Source: Methanothermococcus sp. Ax23 (GTDB taxonomy: Archaea; AGJL01; Methanococci; Methanococcales; Methanococcaceae). From it: a stretch of DNA of 64,000 bases. Positions within the stretch are counted from its first letter, which is position 1. The number at the start of each line of letters is the position of its first letter. The stretch is taken from contig NZ_CP157522.1 in the NCBI RefSeq assembly GCF_049075655.1, positions 800,001 through 864,000 on the forward strand, given 5' to 3'. This document shows positions 63,085-64,000 of the stretch, piece after piece. Below the pieces are notes generated by a model. It had not been told where the DNA came from. It made no database searches and saw only the letters and a list, made by a program, of their open reading frames with translations. The position numbers and the translations under genes were made by a program.

Positions 63085-64000
63085 CTATTTCATTTTTTTT
63101 CTCTTAATCATTTTGAATTTTTTCCCGCCGCATTCACAGGTTAAATTTTCTATTCTAACGGTTTTACCATCAATTTCATAAGTTTTACCACAATTTAGGC
63201 ATTTATAATACCTAATTGTTGGTTTTACCTCACCAGTGTATAACTTGCCTAAATCGATTTCGCCCTCTTCAAATTTTTTTAAGTTTTTCCCAATCAATCT
63301 GGCCAAAAATGTGGTATTTCCTATTATCTCAGAACCTTCATATGTGTTAAATCCTGGTATGAGCTCATATATAACAAACCCCATGCTGTTGATAATTCTT
63401 TGGAGCTCCAAATATTCATCTATCGGCTTGTGAGAAAATGCGAGGTATAATGCACCCCCTCCACCTTCTCCCAATCCTTCAACACCACGGGATAGGAACA
63501 ATTTTAATCCTTCCAAGGTATATGGAGGGTCTGTAAAAATTGTATCAAATGCTCCCATATATTCGTTTTTTATCGAGTTTCTAAAATCATGTTTAACTGT
63601 TTTGATGTTTAAATCTTCCTTTTCTGAGATTTCATCTATCAAATTTAATAACCTATCGTCTATATCCATAACAACAACTTCATCGCATAAACCACTCATT
63701 GCCGTAGGTATGGATGTTAAGTCGTCATCTCCAACAAACAAAATCTTTTTTCCTTCTAAATCGCCCCTATCTGCCATAAACGCTGCTCGGTATGTGGCAG
63801 TTTCAGGGGTGGCAAAGGACTGGTCTATTGATGTATTTACAGTAGGTCTCATTTTTGCATACTTTTTATGCTTTTTAAGTATGTCTTCAAAGTATTCATT
63901 GAGAATTATGCCTTTCCCATTGCATATGGGGCATTTTAAATCATGATTTAATTTAAGTTTTAAATTTTTTTCAATGAGGTTTAGCCCCTCCTCTGAATAT
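63085..64000 (-). CDS. DUF43/BpsA-family aminopropyltransferase-like protein; 5' end beyond the window
   Basis: DQ, VGDDDLTS, DIDDR, TDPPYT. The frame stays open from 63852 to the edge (..KCPICNGKG..). Confidence 0.75.
   Translation of the reverse strand, partial: YSEEGLNLIEKNLKLKLNHDLKCPICNGKGIILNEYFEDILKKHKKYAKMRPTVNTSIDQSFATPETATYRAAFMADRGDLEGKKILFVGDDDLTSIPTAMSGLCDEVVVMDIDDRLLNLIDEISEKEDLNIKTVKHDFRNSIKNEYMGAFDTIFTDPPYTLEGLKLFLSRGVEGLGEGGGGALYLAFSHKPIDEYLELQRIINSMGFVIYELIPGFNTYEGSEIIGNTTFLARLIGKNLKKFEEGEIDLGKLYTGEVKPTIRYYKCLNCGKTYEIDGKTVRIENLTCECGGKKFKMIKRKKMK

Overview
AT-rich (about 30% GC by inspection) chromosome segment of a Methanococcales methanogen, Methanothermococcus/Methanococcus-like. 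This rests on fwdHFGDAC, a selenocysteine fruADGB with a 3' SECIS, flaK, mptD, mfnF and GGTGA-type RBSs. Positions ~16.8-64 kb are mostly core genes. Positions 1-15.2 kb hold one tightly coupled minus-strand accessory operon: GNAT, TGT/DpdA-like transglycosylase, BrxA-like protein, [Cas10-like, Cas5, Cas11, Cas7], small P-loop protein, 1245-aa BrxC-like ATPase, minimal PglZ, HerA-like ATPase and a PHP-ATPase (Ppl/TrlF-like, cut by the left edge). It reads as a methyltransferase-free BREX/Dpd/HerA hybrid defence locus with an array-less, cas6-less type III-F-like effector cassette inside it, and is the best candidate for an undescribed system. Other signals: strong over-representation of the palindrome GAGCTC (~77 copies by hand count against ~4-5 expected), a dispersed ~59-bp double-hairpin element at two start codons, two other REP/MITE-like hairpin inserts, and a probable 1-nt frameshift removing a C-terminal wHTH from the large ATPase. 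No CRISPR array, tRNA or rRNA was seen. All family calls come from reading motifs by eye; no searches were run.
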